Origin: Entomortierella parvispora E1425
Lineage: Eukaryota; Fungi; Mortierellomycota
Assembly (NCBI GenBank): GCA_020891255.1
Contig: BQFW01000006.1
Coordinates: 1,550,001 to 1,614,000, forward strand
Direction: 5' to 3'
DNA: 64,000 nucleotides
Shown here piece by piece: positions 12,102 through 27,913 of the stretch (its first letter is position 1; the number at the start of each line of letters is the position of its first letter). The translations under genes and the position numbers were made by a program. The notes under the pieces were generated by a model that did not search any database, was not told the origin of the DNA, and saw nothing but the letters and a program-made list of their open reading frames with translations.

Positions 12102-13457
12102 TCAGGCTCTTGATTCTGCAGGTACGTCGATAACGAAGGCATCTTTCACAAGTGGATCCTCTCCTTTGCCGTTGCGCCAAAGCTCCAACTTGCGCTCATT
12201 CTCCAAATGCTGCTCCCACTCGAGCGCGGTGACCCAATGGGAGATGACCAAAGTAAAGTAGACGCCCAAGATTATCCCTACGCTTGTCAAGATGATCGCG
12301 ATCAAAGAAGCCGACTTTCGGGCGTCATCGCATTCGAGGAGCGACCATTGCGGGTTGAGATTGAGGCACCCAGTATTGACCTTGGCAACATAATGGTCTT
12401 CTACGGCAATATAGACAATGGCCCAGCAGAGAAACATGAGGAGGAAACCCCACGACGCAGAGACAAATTGACGGTGATGCCAGATACTGCCGCGCGTGAC
12501 AGCCCAGAATCCGTAAGCTCCCGTGATAAAGAGAAGAATGCAGACAATGGCCCAAGGAATGGCAAGATCAGTCTCGGCATGGGGCATGATCCCTAAAGAA
12601 GAGTAGACATACGACGAAGAGTGGCAAAAAGAAGTTAGAGATCATTTTTGGTCTTTTGGATCGATGATGACGATGAAAAGGGGATCGCTTTCGCGGTTCC
12701 CCCGGTAAAAAAAAGGGGGCGCTACAATGGTCTGCTCCACTACTGCTTCCTCTTCTCTACCCTCACTCTCCCTGATCTACCTCTTCATGACCTAGAGGAA
12801 CTCTAATCTGATTATGAGATATTGAATGATCCAAGGACCCGGGAAAAAAAATTATAAGGGGGAGCCATCCCCTTCAGGACCCACAGGTGGACAGACAGAC
12901 ATTCTAGATAAAAAATCCTCGGCTGCCTGGATGGTGACCCTCTCCGTGGTGGAGATACTAAAGTCGCTCTCTCCTGTAAAAAAAAAAAAGAAAAAAGAAA
13001 AAAAAATCGCGCATGTGTTTGCTGGACCCAAAGATTCAATTCCCCGGTAACTCTATCCCTCTTTTCAGGACATCATGACCTCTTACTTCTACTGGGGATC
13101 TGACTAACGGGAGAGGGGAAGAGCCAACTGTTTGATGTTCGAGTGACGAGGTAGTGTGGTTATCATATAATAAAACCACAAATCAAAGACAAGGAGAGAG
13201 GTTCTCGAAGACCTCAGAAAAAAAAAGGATCTGGGAAGGCGTTGAGACTTCTTTTTCCTTGAGCACACAGATGGGCAGTTGCAGCTCGAGTAATCGCGTT
13301 CCAGGACTGATTTGATCGAAATGAAATTGACGCGCGACTTACAGCGACCAAAACACAACATTGTGAATACGAGTCCGATGAGGGCATAGGTCACCGCTAA
13401 AATGGGTGCTCCAGTACTGGGAGGCAATACGCCAAAGAACTTGTCCATAAATCCCAT
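12102..13457 (-). CDS. Four-TM membrane protein of unknown function (2 exons, 750-nt intron)
   Basis: Exon 1 (13457-13343, MGFMDKFFGVLPPSTGAPILAVTYALIGLVFTMLCFGR) splices in frame to exon 2 (12592-12102, WIMPHAETDLAIPWAIVCILL...). Four hydrophobic segments, with a Cys pair in the loop between TM3 and TM4. Confidence 0.75.
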
Positions 13458-13835
13458 GGTGGATTTGAGGATGGTTTGAGGGTGTCGAGATAGGTGGAAT
13501 GCAAAAAAATGTAGCTATGTGCCGAGTAGGAGGACGTGGGAGGGTGATTATTTGTTGGTTTCAGTGGAAGGAAGGAAACAAAGAATGATATTGTGTGAGT
13601 GAGAAAGAGGAGGAAGTAAAAGATGGCGAGAAGAAAGAGAGATTGAGTCAAGAAAGAGAGAGAGAGGAAGAAAACGACGACTACTTGATGGTCCCTTTTC
13701 ATGAAAGCCTCCTGCAATCTGCATGGTGGAGTGGCGCGGTAGACAAAGGTGCCTTCCCAGACATGCTGTGTGGGTCTATGCATCCTTCTTTCTGCTCAGA
13801 AGAGACACGATTTATTACGGGATCATCTTATTTAT

Positions 13836-14924
13836 TTACAGAACAATAACGGCAATGGCTTCTTGGATGTCTGCTAGCTTGTCATTGATATCCTCGATGA
13901 CCTGATTCAATCTAGAAAGAATACAAAAAAAAAAAAAGAGTTCATTGTCAGTATGATTATTCAATGTCCAAGAACAACTAGCTCGTATTTTACACGCATA
14001 TACCTGTCACGGTTCTCATCCAATTTGATTTGCCATTCCTCCACGGAATGCTTTACGGTCATTTGATCCCGACCCGTCACCGGTGCTGCAGAGTCTCCCT
14101 CTGTAGGTTCTACCTCCGCCTCCCCTACGGTTGCAGAAGCATCACCATCACCACTGGCACTAGCATCGCCCCGACTGTTGGCATCACTGCCGCTCACAGC
14201 AATGACGCGATCCGCGGCCAATTCCTCCTCTCGATCCTTTTGATCTTGTTCTTTTTGTTCCTCCATCGCCAACACCCACTTCTGACCTTGAACCGTCAAG
14301 GCCAACTTTTCCTTTTCCAACAACTGAACCGCTCGGATCAACTGTGCATGCTCCGGGGAATTCAAACTGAGCCGTTGAGAAACAGAAGATGACGCAGCAC
14401 TGTTCGAATCCGTTGTGGAAACAGCGTTTGGAGTTCCTGCAAGATGAGCTTCGAGGGCCAGGATCTCAACTGAGAGCTCTACAAAGCCTTCAGTGACGAT
14501 CCGACAGATCGTAGCATACTCTTCCTGCGTCATACGTTTGCCAATATACTCCTTGAAAGCACTGTTGTAAAGATGACATGATGAGGTAGAATTAGATCAA
14601 GTAAGCAAAAACTCCCAAGGGAAAAGCCATCATGACAAAGGTTCATACTCGTTAAACTCTTTGTACAGAGAAACACGCTCACTATCAGACAAAAGGCCAA
14701 AGGAGGAAGGAGTCGGTGGAAAGACAAGTAGACAAGTATGAGTATAGGGGATCGTCTTTGCTTCTTTCACAGGATCCTTTCGCTGGGCATGGGCGCATGC
14801 ATTACGTTTGATGCTTCAGGAATCCGCGCAGACTAGCAACAATCTCCTTTTTGCGAGTTTCATCATCAAGATGGATGGTACTGGATGCCTCAGCGAGAGA
14901 CGAGGCGGTGGTGGCGTTGACCAT
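13836..14924 (-). CDS. REX1-B domain (required for excision 1-B / C19orf60-like) protein
   Basis: The four-exon reconstruction gives LRGFLKHQTERVSLYKEFNDAFKEY...EYATICRIVTEGFVELSVEILALE...LIRAVQLLEKEKLALTVQ...LNQVIEDINDKL, matching the remembered REX1B helical pattern. Confidence 0.6.
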
Positions 14925-15322
14925 GTTGCGTAGAGTGTTGGCAAAGGGGTGCAGGTGGGAGGATGAATGAACAACGTGTCTTTGGCCAAACGTGCGTGGC
15001 GTCGCATTGTGTTCGCCACCAAATCGAAACAGGGGTGGCTTTGACATTCGTTCAGCTCTCTTCCCGACACACGACCCCTGCTTCCTCCAACGACATGGCC
15101 AGTGCTCAATCACAAACACACTTCTCGGAAGAAACACGATCTTGTTCACCTTCTACAGCGATAGGCGACATATTCAATAAAAGTCCTCCAGAGCAAAAGC
15201 CTTTTTTTTTTGTATTTTTATTTCCAACTCAAGCAGCCGGTGCAGTTTCTCTTTCAGAACTCTCTATCAAGATGAAATCCTGATTTTGAATCCTGTCCAA
15301 GAAATCGCCCGTTTTACACACT

Positions 15323-16609
15323 TTAGTAGAAGGTGGAGGGGCGCGAACCCATGAAGAGAGCGCGGTGGGACTTGTCGGCAGCGCGGATGACGCGGTGGGG
15401 CAAGGGGAACTTGATGCCGGGAACCAAGATCTGCTTGATGTAAGGGCGACGAACATCAGCGTTGGCGACCTCGGCAACACGGATGATCTGGATGGAGCGG
15501 GAGCGGGCACGGTGGCGGGAAGCCATGTCCGAGTAGCAAGCCTCGACGGCGGCGTTGCGGGTCAACTCACGGTACTCCTTGTACATGTTGTGGGTGCCGG
15601 AGCGGGAATCGTAACGGATCCAGATACCGAAGTTCTTGATCTGAAGGGGCTTCTTCTCGTGGATCTGAACATCGTAGAAGAGATCATGGTCAATCATCCA
15701 GTCTTCGTATTTCGCCCAAAATAATTGAAACAAAACAAAACACATACCTCGTTGATGCCAACGATCTCGCCGTTAACCTTCTTGACCTTCTTCAGCTTGC
15801 GCATGAAGTACCAGAAGCGGGACTTGGCAACGACCTCGTTGGGGGCAAAGAGGCGCATGCGGAAAAGCTTAGGGGTAGCATCCTTCTCGGTGGGGAGATG
15901 GCGACCGACCAATTGGTACTCGTGAAGCTATTGTAGACAATAGGTTCCAAAGCACCAGATTGAAAGGGAGAGAGAGAAACGAACCAAGTAAGATACTGGT
16001 CAAAATTTTGAGGTGTATAGGAGATGGGGAAGGGAAGTATGGGAAGGGGTCCTGATACTGTCCATGTGTCCTGCGTGCTCCCCTGTTCTAGAGTCCACTC
16101 CCTGTTAAATAAAGCCATGTTCCTATTCTCTTCCATGCCCTAGGATACACTAGATTCAACGTGGATTGAGCCAGCAGTGAATCAGCGTAACGACTAGGAT
16201 AGTGAAGATCTCTTCCTGAAGTTCTCGGCTGGCACCACAGCCATCTCATCCTTGAACCACCAGATGCCACTGTGATCGTTCACTCGAGCTGTCAAGCAGG
16301 AAGACTGGACAAATGCTACAGGTTCGCAGATCGGACGCCGAATCAGCAGATGGAACCTGTACTGAATCGCCGCTGAATCGAGTCATGAACTGAATGATGT
16401 ATGCAATTTGACACAGGGTGAGCTCATGATGAATGGCATCCAGATCTCAAAGAGTTGATGTCGAGTGCAGCCGAGAGGTGTGACCCGTGTTCAAGCTCCT
16501 TTCGTTCCAGAGATCCTGAGTCAGATGGGCGATCCTGCGTCAAGAAGAGACGGATGGATGGATGGATGGATGGTCGTCCATGAATGGATTGCTCACATAC
16601 ACGGGACAT
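15323..16609 (-). CDS. RPL20: 60S ribosomal protein eL20 (L18a/L20)
   Basis: MSR|[41 protein letters not shown] and [24 protein letters not shown]. 9-nt first exon followed by a 673-nt intron (16600-15928). Confidence 0.97.
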
Positions 16610-16879
16610 GGCTGATAAAGTCTGTGCAAAGAGGAGGAGCCAAAACCTGCGCCTGCGCTCGCTGTAATATGGCCTTTCGGAGAGTGGATTTCAGTCACGT
16701 GCCAAAACCATCGAAAGTTTCGATTTCGCCCATTGAAGGCCCGCAACGGTTCCTGAGCTGACTGCACAGAGACGGTTCACACACACGCACACACACACCC
16801 TGCTTCTCTCCCGTCAACCCCATTGCCTCAACAGCTGGTTGTTCATTACTCTCTTCTCCCTCCCCTCATTCGTCTTTAA

Positions 16880-18102
16880 ATGTTTGCACATGCTGTCGCA
16901 CCCTTCCTGAGGGTCTCCCCTCCTTCTACCTCAGTGGCTGCCCTTTCCTCCAGCCGACGCATCCTCAAAACGCTCCCTTCCTCCTCAATGTTCCATTCCG
17001 TCTGCGCACACTCTAATCGGATCAGCACCATCAGCACCCCATCTTCCATTTCTTTTCATACCCGCTCTTTTCTTTCCTCGACCGCAACGGCCCGCTCCAC
17101 CCTCACCACCACATCATTATTCAATGCCAAGCCAACGACGACAAGGACCAGCACCCTTTCATCAAGAGCCTACACTTCATCCTCTTCCTCTACTTCTTCG
17201 TCTTCTACTGCCAGTAACACAGCCAGGATCTTGACCCAAGAATCTTCAACAACAGTAGCCACCACAACTGCAAAAGCTACCATGCCCAGTGCCCCTCTGA
17301 CCTTTCATGAAGAGATGACCCGAGTTCGTTTCAGTTACAACTGGTGGAAGGAATGGACCATTATCATGGTAAAGTAACAAACAGGAACAACCTTACTGTC
17401 CTTCAACGTGTCCCTGAATCCATGGACCTTTCTTTTTCAAAATATCTTGACTGGTGGGGGAAAGAAAAAAAAAGAACGAAAAGAACTGCTCTCGATCTTT
17501 GCGCAACCTGCTGTTCTTTGGGCGTAACCCTCACTCCACCTTTGGGCGGGCGTGAATCATTCCCTGAAAGAACAAATGGCCCCTTTCTTCTTCGATCAGA
17601 TATATTTTTCAGAATCTCTGTGTGTTACACACGTCCCTGTCTTTCTGCATGTGGCAATTTTCAGGGCCAGTGACTGATCTGGGTTGGCTCTCTCTTTATC
17701 TTTCCTCGATCGAAAAAAAACTAATAGGGTGTCTTTGCCGTCACTGGAAGCTCAACGGTCATGGTGGTCAAGCCCGTTCTCAAGGAGGGTAAGACATCCT
17801 CTCTAGCTTTCATGCCTCTTCTTTTTTTTTTTTCATCCAACGCCTCATGACCTTCACCCCATGTGAAAATGCCTACTAAACACAGTCTATATTATTTGTT
17901 TATAGTCTTTCAACTGGATGGATCCATGAAGGAAGGTCCTTGGTCTTTCAGAATCGCCTATCTCTGCACAACCTTGCCCCTCTACAGCTGTGTGCTCTTG
18001 ACAGTAGCCACCATTGCCGGTCGTCGCCCATATTTCAAAAAGGTCGTCCTTCGCATGTGGGGTCGCTTCTTGCCCAAGAAGGCCCTCGCTCGATTCCAAT
18101 AG
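16880..18102 (+). CDS. Putative mitochondrial membrane protein with a DUF6787-like C-terminal domain (3 exons)
   Basis: Ser/Thr/Arg-rich, nearly acid-free N-terminus (presequence-like). Spliced C-terminus reads WKEWTIIMGVFAVTGSSTVMVVKPVLKEVF...LPLYSCVLLTVATIAGRRPYFKKVVLRM. Divergent from RPL20 across a 270-bp gap. Confidence 0.7.
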
Positions 18103-18261
18103 AAACTTGCATCTCATTTAGACATCGTTCACCACTTCATAAAACTCATGAAAATATAGAAAATGTGGTTTTATTGTATTACATGATGGATGCCAATGGC
18201 TTGCTTTGTTTCCTCGGCCATTCGCTTTTTTTCTTTCAAAATCGGCCCTCTCGTTTTCTCT

Positions 18262-21340
<3,079 letters not shown>

Positions 21341-21756
21341 GATGGAGGAATGAAGATGACGGGAAAGGAGAGAGTGAGAGAGAGATGACTAGGTGCGAAG
21401 GGGCTCTAATGACCGAGTTTTGGGCGGACTGCTTGGTCGAAGCTCTTTCTTTCTTTCTTTCTCTCAGGGCAGAGAGGACTGGGACGCGTGCTGGTCTAAA
21501 TGAAATGTTTTTGTTTTCTCGCGCCCGTGTGTGTATGAGATCGAGACAAGCCACCGAGGAGTGACCGTGTGTTGCCACCAAAATATGAATTTTGGATGCA
21601 GACACACAGACAGACAGAACAAGCGGACATGGACAGACAGGGCAACACTTGCCTGTTGTTTATTACTAGGATAGGTTGTGGGGGGCAAGCCAGAGATACT
21701 ATTTATATAGGAGATGCGAAGCTATCACAAAGTGTCGCCGACTGGGGCTGGACACA

Positions 21757-23731
21757 TTACTTGGACTTGCGATGTTCAGGTGCGTGCGAAGTCTCATAAT
21801 CGACATGAACAAACGCACGCTCAACATTTGGCAACGCCTCTAGCTTGATCTAGAAAGAACGGAGGAGAAAACAGACAGAGCGTCGATGTGTTTAGATACA
21901 CGACCCAAAAGAACAAAACGACAACGAAAACTTGATATCTCAATTCTAGAAATAATTACCTGAAGACTCTCACTGATGTCGTGGCTCTCAATCAATGGTG
22001 TTTCGGGTGCCATGACCACATCCACCTCCACAAACAAGTTGTTGCCGGCATGGTAAGCAGTGCACGTATCCACCTGCAAGATCTTGCGGTGGTGAGTCAA
22101 TGCAATGTAAGTCAGCTTCTTCAAAAACGCAGGGTCTGCAGTCTTGCCAACAATCAGTTGGATTTGCTCTAAAATAGGGAAAGAGGCGTTTCACAGAACT
22201 GATTAGGGCTCCTTGACAGATTGTGTAAAACTTGATGCACAAATATGCATCGCAACTTACCATAGGCAGTCCACACCCAAGAACGAAGAATGATCAAGGA
22301 GACTAGAATGGCTCCAGTAGGATCCAACCACCAGCAGTAACGGCTGAGCAACGAAGCCGCAAGACCGAATCCGTTGACGAACAAGTCGTTGCGATGATCG
22401 GTAGCCAAGATATCGGCAGTGTTGTATTGAGACAAGGCCTTGCAGTAAATGTAGAGGCCCAATTTACTTCCTGTGAAGAGGTTTATAAAGAAAGTGAAGA
22501 TGGCACTGAATGAGGGGACCAGCCTACAATGTAAACAGCACACGACCCCACGAACATATCAAACACTATTCACTTACCAAGTGCGATTCCTACAAAGGTG
22601 ATGGCAAGAGTGTTGGGCATAGGAGGCTTTTCATCGCCACCAATGAGGGTTCTGACTGACTCGATCTACCAGCAAGCAGTAAATGCTGTTAGGTTCCAAG
22701 GTTTCTCATCCGATCCATTGTTGAAGTCTATCGCGGACTTACAATGAGCTGAAGTGAAACCGTAGCCATAAGTGAGGCAAAAACAATAGTACCAGCAGTC
22801 TCCATACGCGACTTGCCCTAAGAGAATGAAGAGAAAGCACATGATGGCCATGAGTTTTGTTTAGGTTGCCATTGTACTACCTTCTAGTTGACGTATAATC
22901 ATGAAGAAGGTACAAGATTTCTTACAGATGGATATTTGAACCAATTGCTCTTGGTGGAAGCTCGAGCAGCGTACATAAGAATGACCCCCGACAACAGATC
23001 CATAAAGGAATCAGCCATGGTAGCAAACAGCGAGAGCGACTTTGAAGAGATAGCGGCGTACAACTGCAACAAGAAGAGGAGCACGTTGACACCCACAGAT
23101 CCGTAAATGGCAATCTTGAGCTGTTTAATTCATCCGGGGAAATAAGTCGGTTAGCTCGAGGGACGCTGCGCTGACAGTGCATGGCCCTGCGAGGTCAACG
23201 CTCAAGCAGACGAAACGGTTATCACAATGATGTACTTGCCTTGACCTGGTTACGTTCTTCTTGCTCAGCATGGCCCTCTCTACCCTCTGGTGGATCCAGA
23301 AGATCAGTAATAAGTTCGTTCTGTTCCCGGTAAAAGTCCTTGACCTGCTTGGAGGATTGAATAGCCTCGATCTGCTCCTCAGACATGCGCTTGGAGGCAA
23401 GAGACATTGGGTCTTTAGACTCGTAAAAGTCGGGCGAAGGCTCAGGCGAGGGCAGGCCCCTCTTGGTGGCTTGGAAGGTGTCGATGGAGAGGCTCACGGG
23501 AGGGACGATCTCCAGCGACGTCGAGGCGGACTGAGCTGTGTGGACGGTATGCAGCGCTGGGTACGCCGACGAAGATACAGCTGAGGCAGAACTGCTGTTG
23601 GATCGGCGGGATCCCGAGGGATATCCAACGCCGGTGCCGTGGTCGATGTCAAGGACAGTGTTTGACAGAGAGCGCTGGGACACAGCTGGTGAGGATGCCA
23701 TAGGCCGCAAGTTGGTCATTGGCAGCTCCAT
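21757..23731 (-). CDS. Cation diffusion facilitator, Mn-CDF/MTP8-11-like metal tolerance protein
   Basis: FYREQNELI, SLSLFATMADSFMDLLSG, GKSRMETAG, DHRNDL, YHAGNNLFVEVDVVM, HDISESLQ and VERAFVHVDYE motifs. The first intron is GC-AG. Confidence 0.92.
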
Positions 23732-24523
23732 TGGATGTGAATAGCAGCCTGAATGGAATGAGGTTACGAGCGAATGAATGAATGAAGGGGATGCACAGAG
23801 TTTGGGCTCTTTGAGTGCTGGAAACAAAAGGGGATCCTGCTTTGAAACTAGCAAGAAGAGGAGGAGGAGAAAGAAGAGGGTAAAAAAATAAGCGAGAAGG
23901 ACCCTTTTATCGATTTCCTTGGAGCAAGGGTATCGGCTGCCAGCCCTGCCAATCAATCATGGCAGATTGCATGTGGACCACGGGTCGCTGGTGAAAGAGC
24001 CAGTCCCCCAACTCTCCCACAGTGCACCCTTGGCCTTCCTTCCCTTTCTCGGCCAAGAACCCCGGCAGGTGGCACTTTGCGTCGTTGGCGTGTGCAACCA
24101 CGAATGCCCTGTCCATATACGCAGAGAGCAGCCGCACAACAGAGTTTGGAAGAGATGGAAGGATCTCCTTCTGTGGGCGCGCTATTTTGGTCAAGGCCCC
24201 CTCTGACTCCCAGCACAGGGGCCAAAAAGCAAGGGTGGGTCAGATTGATCATTTCTTATGCTTCCTAAAAGCCCATTTCCCTGTCCGCGACCAAGGCAGA
24301 ACCGTGCTCTGTTTTTTTTGGGGGGGGGGGGGTCCGGTTCCCAGGAAGACCCACAGAGGGCAATTTCCGCAGAGGAAACGTGTCGCAACGCAAAATGATA
24401 TCCCTATTATTCTTTTGCAGTGTTCCCCAAAGACTCCATGATTTATTACTTTCTTCCGCAGCTCCCTAGACTCTCCCTGGCACCTCCTTCACCTTGGACT
24501 CGTCATTCAGAATTTGGTATATG

Positions 24524-25949
24524 TTTAGATTGTCTGGTTAATAAGATGGCAAATAAGATGGCTGTAGAGTCCCGAAGTGTCTCCCTATCAACAATCAAAT
24601 GTGTCAGTGAAGAGATTCACAAAAACAGAAAGTATCGTCCTTGAGCACAACTTACACGAACGCGGTCAGCAAGAGTACGACCATAGTCCACATGGAACGC
24701 GGCCTTGACCTTTTCCATGAACTTGCCACGGTTTCGAATCACCAATCGCGAGAGCTGGTCTTCGTTCGTGCCCAATCCAGCCATTGACTCTTCTAAAAGC
24801 AAAGAAACATGACGCGCGGGGTCCGCGGCCTGCATTACGGCAAACAGCAAGACCTCGACGTGCTCACCCTTGTGCTTAAAAGTCTTTTGGATCGTCGTGA
24901 CCACATGGCTGGTCAAGTAGTGGGCATTGTAAGATCGTACAAGGTCGCACAATTGAGCTGTTGTCAACGAGGCAGCAAGGTTCAGCAAAGCAGGGACATC
25001 CTGTGCCTGCAAAAGTTTGTTCAGGTTCTCGATCGCGCCTTCCTTGTTCTCCAGCGCTTTGTCCTCCTTATCCTACCCAATGGAATAGGCAAGAAATGGA
25101 TCGTGTCAGTTCCTAGTTGTCTCATGGCTCAAACAAATCAGAGATTAGAAGCAGCCATTGTACCTGGATAACGGCCGAGAAAAAGGTCTTCAGAACATCA
25201 TCAGGGCAGTGGGCGAGGATGTGTTGCTTCAAATCGGACTTTTGCACTGCAGTGAAAGCCTCACTGAGCTCGCGAAGTTCCTCAGATGTCCTTCCAAGCA
25301 AGATCTTTTTTTTTTGTTTTTGTTTTTGATTTTTTTTTTTTTTTGAGAGCGCGGGACAAGGCAACGGAATGAAGCGTTAATATTTTGTGACCATGTCGAC
25401 CCTTTGTGGCTTGCTTGCACGATTCATCATGATTCTCAGGCAAAGGTAGCGAGAGAGCAAGCGAGAGGAACAGGGCAAGAGAAAAATAGCAATGTACTCA
25501 ACGAACCTCGCAAAAGACCTTGATAGGGCTATCCTTCTTTCTCAACGACTCGTAGGTGCGGTTCGTCTTGCCAGCTGTGCTGAGGTAGAAGACTTCTGCC
25601 AGAACCTTATGCTGGCAAGCATGAGCCAAGAGGGACCCCACGCTTCCAATGATACGCTTGTCAAGCTCAGAAGGAAGATCGACGCCGTAGGAGACCCTGT
25701 ACTGGCGGGCAATGACCAGCAGCTGTTGGTATTCGCGACGCCCTGTTTTCAAATTGATAGGAGAGTCATGAATACAAAAGGGGTTCAAGGGGTTCATTGG
25801 TCAAAATGTTGCACTTCCCCCGGGAAAGAGCACAAAAAATCTTTACCAATGATGTTGACAAGTGCCTGATGGTCAGGGACGGTGGACTCTAGCGCGCTGT
25901 GAATGTTTTGAACATCGTAGGCGACTTCGGGAGGGACTGCGGGTGTCAT
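24524..25949 (-). CDS. Divergent annexin
   Basis: Four annexin-like repeats (EILLGRTSEEL; MAGLGTNEDQLSRLVIRNR; C-terminal RGDTSGLY); 5 exons. Confidence 0.85.
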
Positions 25950-27913
25950 TACGATATTGAGTAAGTGGGTACAGAGGTATTCGGTGTTTGGTCGAATGTG
26001 CAAAAGCAGGAATGGAAGAGATGAATGAATGAGAAAAAAAGACAAGATTCTCGAAAACCGGGCGAGCCTGAATGCAACCAGGGAAGGAATGGGTCGAGGA
26101 AAGATCATTCCTCATTCGCCCCTTCTTCGTTTTCTGGACCCTTGAAACCCCCATTTGCTGAGCGTTATCGAAAGGCTCCCAGGTCCGGCTGGAAGAGGCG
26201 GTATATATCGGTAATGAGCCCTCCTAATATTCCTGGTCTTCCATAACCCAAGCCTCCTCAGGTTGCACTTTGTGGCCTCGGGAACAAGGGACTTTTGGAG
26301 TCTTGGAGTTTGTACTCTGCTTGGCTTAGAGTAATCCAGGACACTGTCGAGAATCACGATTGGGAGGCGCTGGGACCTCTTCCGAGTGCATGGCAGAGCA
26401 GGACAGGTATGAGGGCCGGTCAAGACAAAGGGGAAAGAGAGAGGGTGATCGAGAGTGAATACGGGTTACCAGGTAAGGAACTTTTGAGCCCCAGAATTCC
26501 CTAAGAAGCTGTATGGGGCAGGACAGGACAGATTCAGGCCAATGTTGGGGTTTCGACGAGATCAGAGTCGTGATAAACAGGTCGACAAGAAGAAGATGGG
26601 CCGCATTGCTGTCAGATACTCATCTCTACATGAAGTCAAAGTCATGTACCTTCGGTAAATTCCGTGTGAAGGAAGTGCTGTTGGTAGAGGAGCGAGTGCA
26701 AGAAAATTTGTCGCACAAATGAATGGAAGGGGGCGAAAACGTGCTGGGGCTGACAATTGGGCTCAAGGAAGATTGACCATCGCACTACACGACCACCAGA
26801 GAACATTGCTGGAGTGCCCATTTGCATCTCAAGCAAAAACAAACAGTACAAACGTTTCCATTGCGCTGAAGAAACTACTCAACAGTGGAACGCGCGACAT
26901 GTAGATACCATTCTTCGACAATGAGGTAGCCGATATGAGTGCCCGTCTCAACATGTTGCCTCTTGCGTCTGGCACTGACGACTGACAGAAAGTGAACTTG
27001 TTTGATCGAAACAGAAATCCGAGGGTATCTGTGGCTAAGAGGGTGAAGACATGAGGAATGGCGGCAGGTAGCTCCAGCTTCCCCAAGATCGACGAGAGTG
27101 GCTCCGGCAGGAAAAGTCTCACAGCCCGGGTGGGCTTCATTACCATGTTTATCCCTGCCAGGAGTTGATCCGGGCCTCAGAATCAAAATGAAGAGAGTGA
27201 GGTGGCCATATGTGATGCGGGCGAAGGCTGCTTCGACAAAGAACGAAACCACTGTGCGATGTTGTAGTCTACTGTAGTTGGCTGCGGAAGAGGCATTGTG
27301 ACGACAGCTGGCATGCGCAGGAGGGTGTGAGTCAATTGCAGTTTGGCATTCATCGATAGCAAGAAGTGGGGACGCGTGGATGTCTCCACTCCCCACCCCT
27401 CTGTTGTTTTTGATTCGTAATCGAAGGCACCCCAAGGTTTGATCTTGATACAAAATACCTGATAGTCTACAGCACACAGAGAGTGCGTGCGCCGGAGAAT
27501 CAGGCAGGGAGGGGGCTGGAGAGTGCGTGTACATGTACTGTACGCTTCAAAAAAAGAAGAGGCGCCCGATCGGACCGTGAGAGAGCAGAGAGAAAGGAGG
27601 CAGCGGCGAGTCAAAAAAAGAAGCAATTAGTAAGAAGGGTTGTTAAGGGTGCACATCGGTGCGCGTCTCTCTCTCTCCGCTCGATTCGCTGTTCGCTGTT
27701 CCAAGCAGACGGACCTTTTTTTTTTTTTTTTTTTTTTTTTCCTTCACTCTTTCTGTTCTTTTGCGATTCGATTCTTTTCATTCTCTTCATCCCCCACGCT
27801 GCTTTCTTTTTCTTCTCCCCTCCTTCTTCCCTACCCCGTCTGCTTGCCGTCGCTCCTTTGCCGCTTGCAGTCACTCCTTTGAACCCTACCAACTCTCATT
27901 CCACTCTTGCATC

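Noticed and set aside
23732-24500. Upstream in-frame extension of the CDF ORF and nearby short ORFs
   Set aside because: CT-rich 5' leader composition, and no protein-like features.
26150-27650. Overlapping minus-strand ORFs (26875-27534, 26829-27146, 27183-27626) between annexin and GSH1
   Set aside because: No family motif, no coherent exon chain and no clear codon bias; a weak cNMP-like 'TFPAGATLVDLGE' lacks the rest of the domain.
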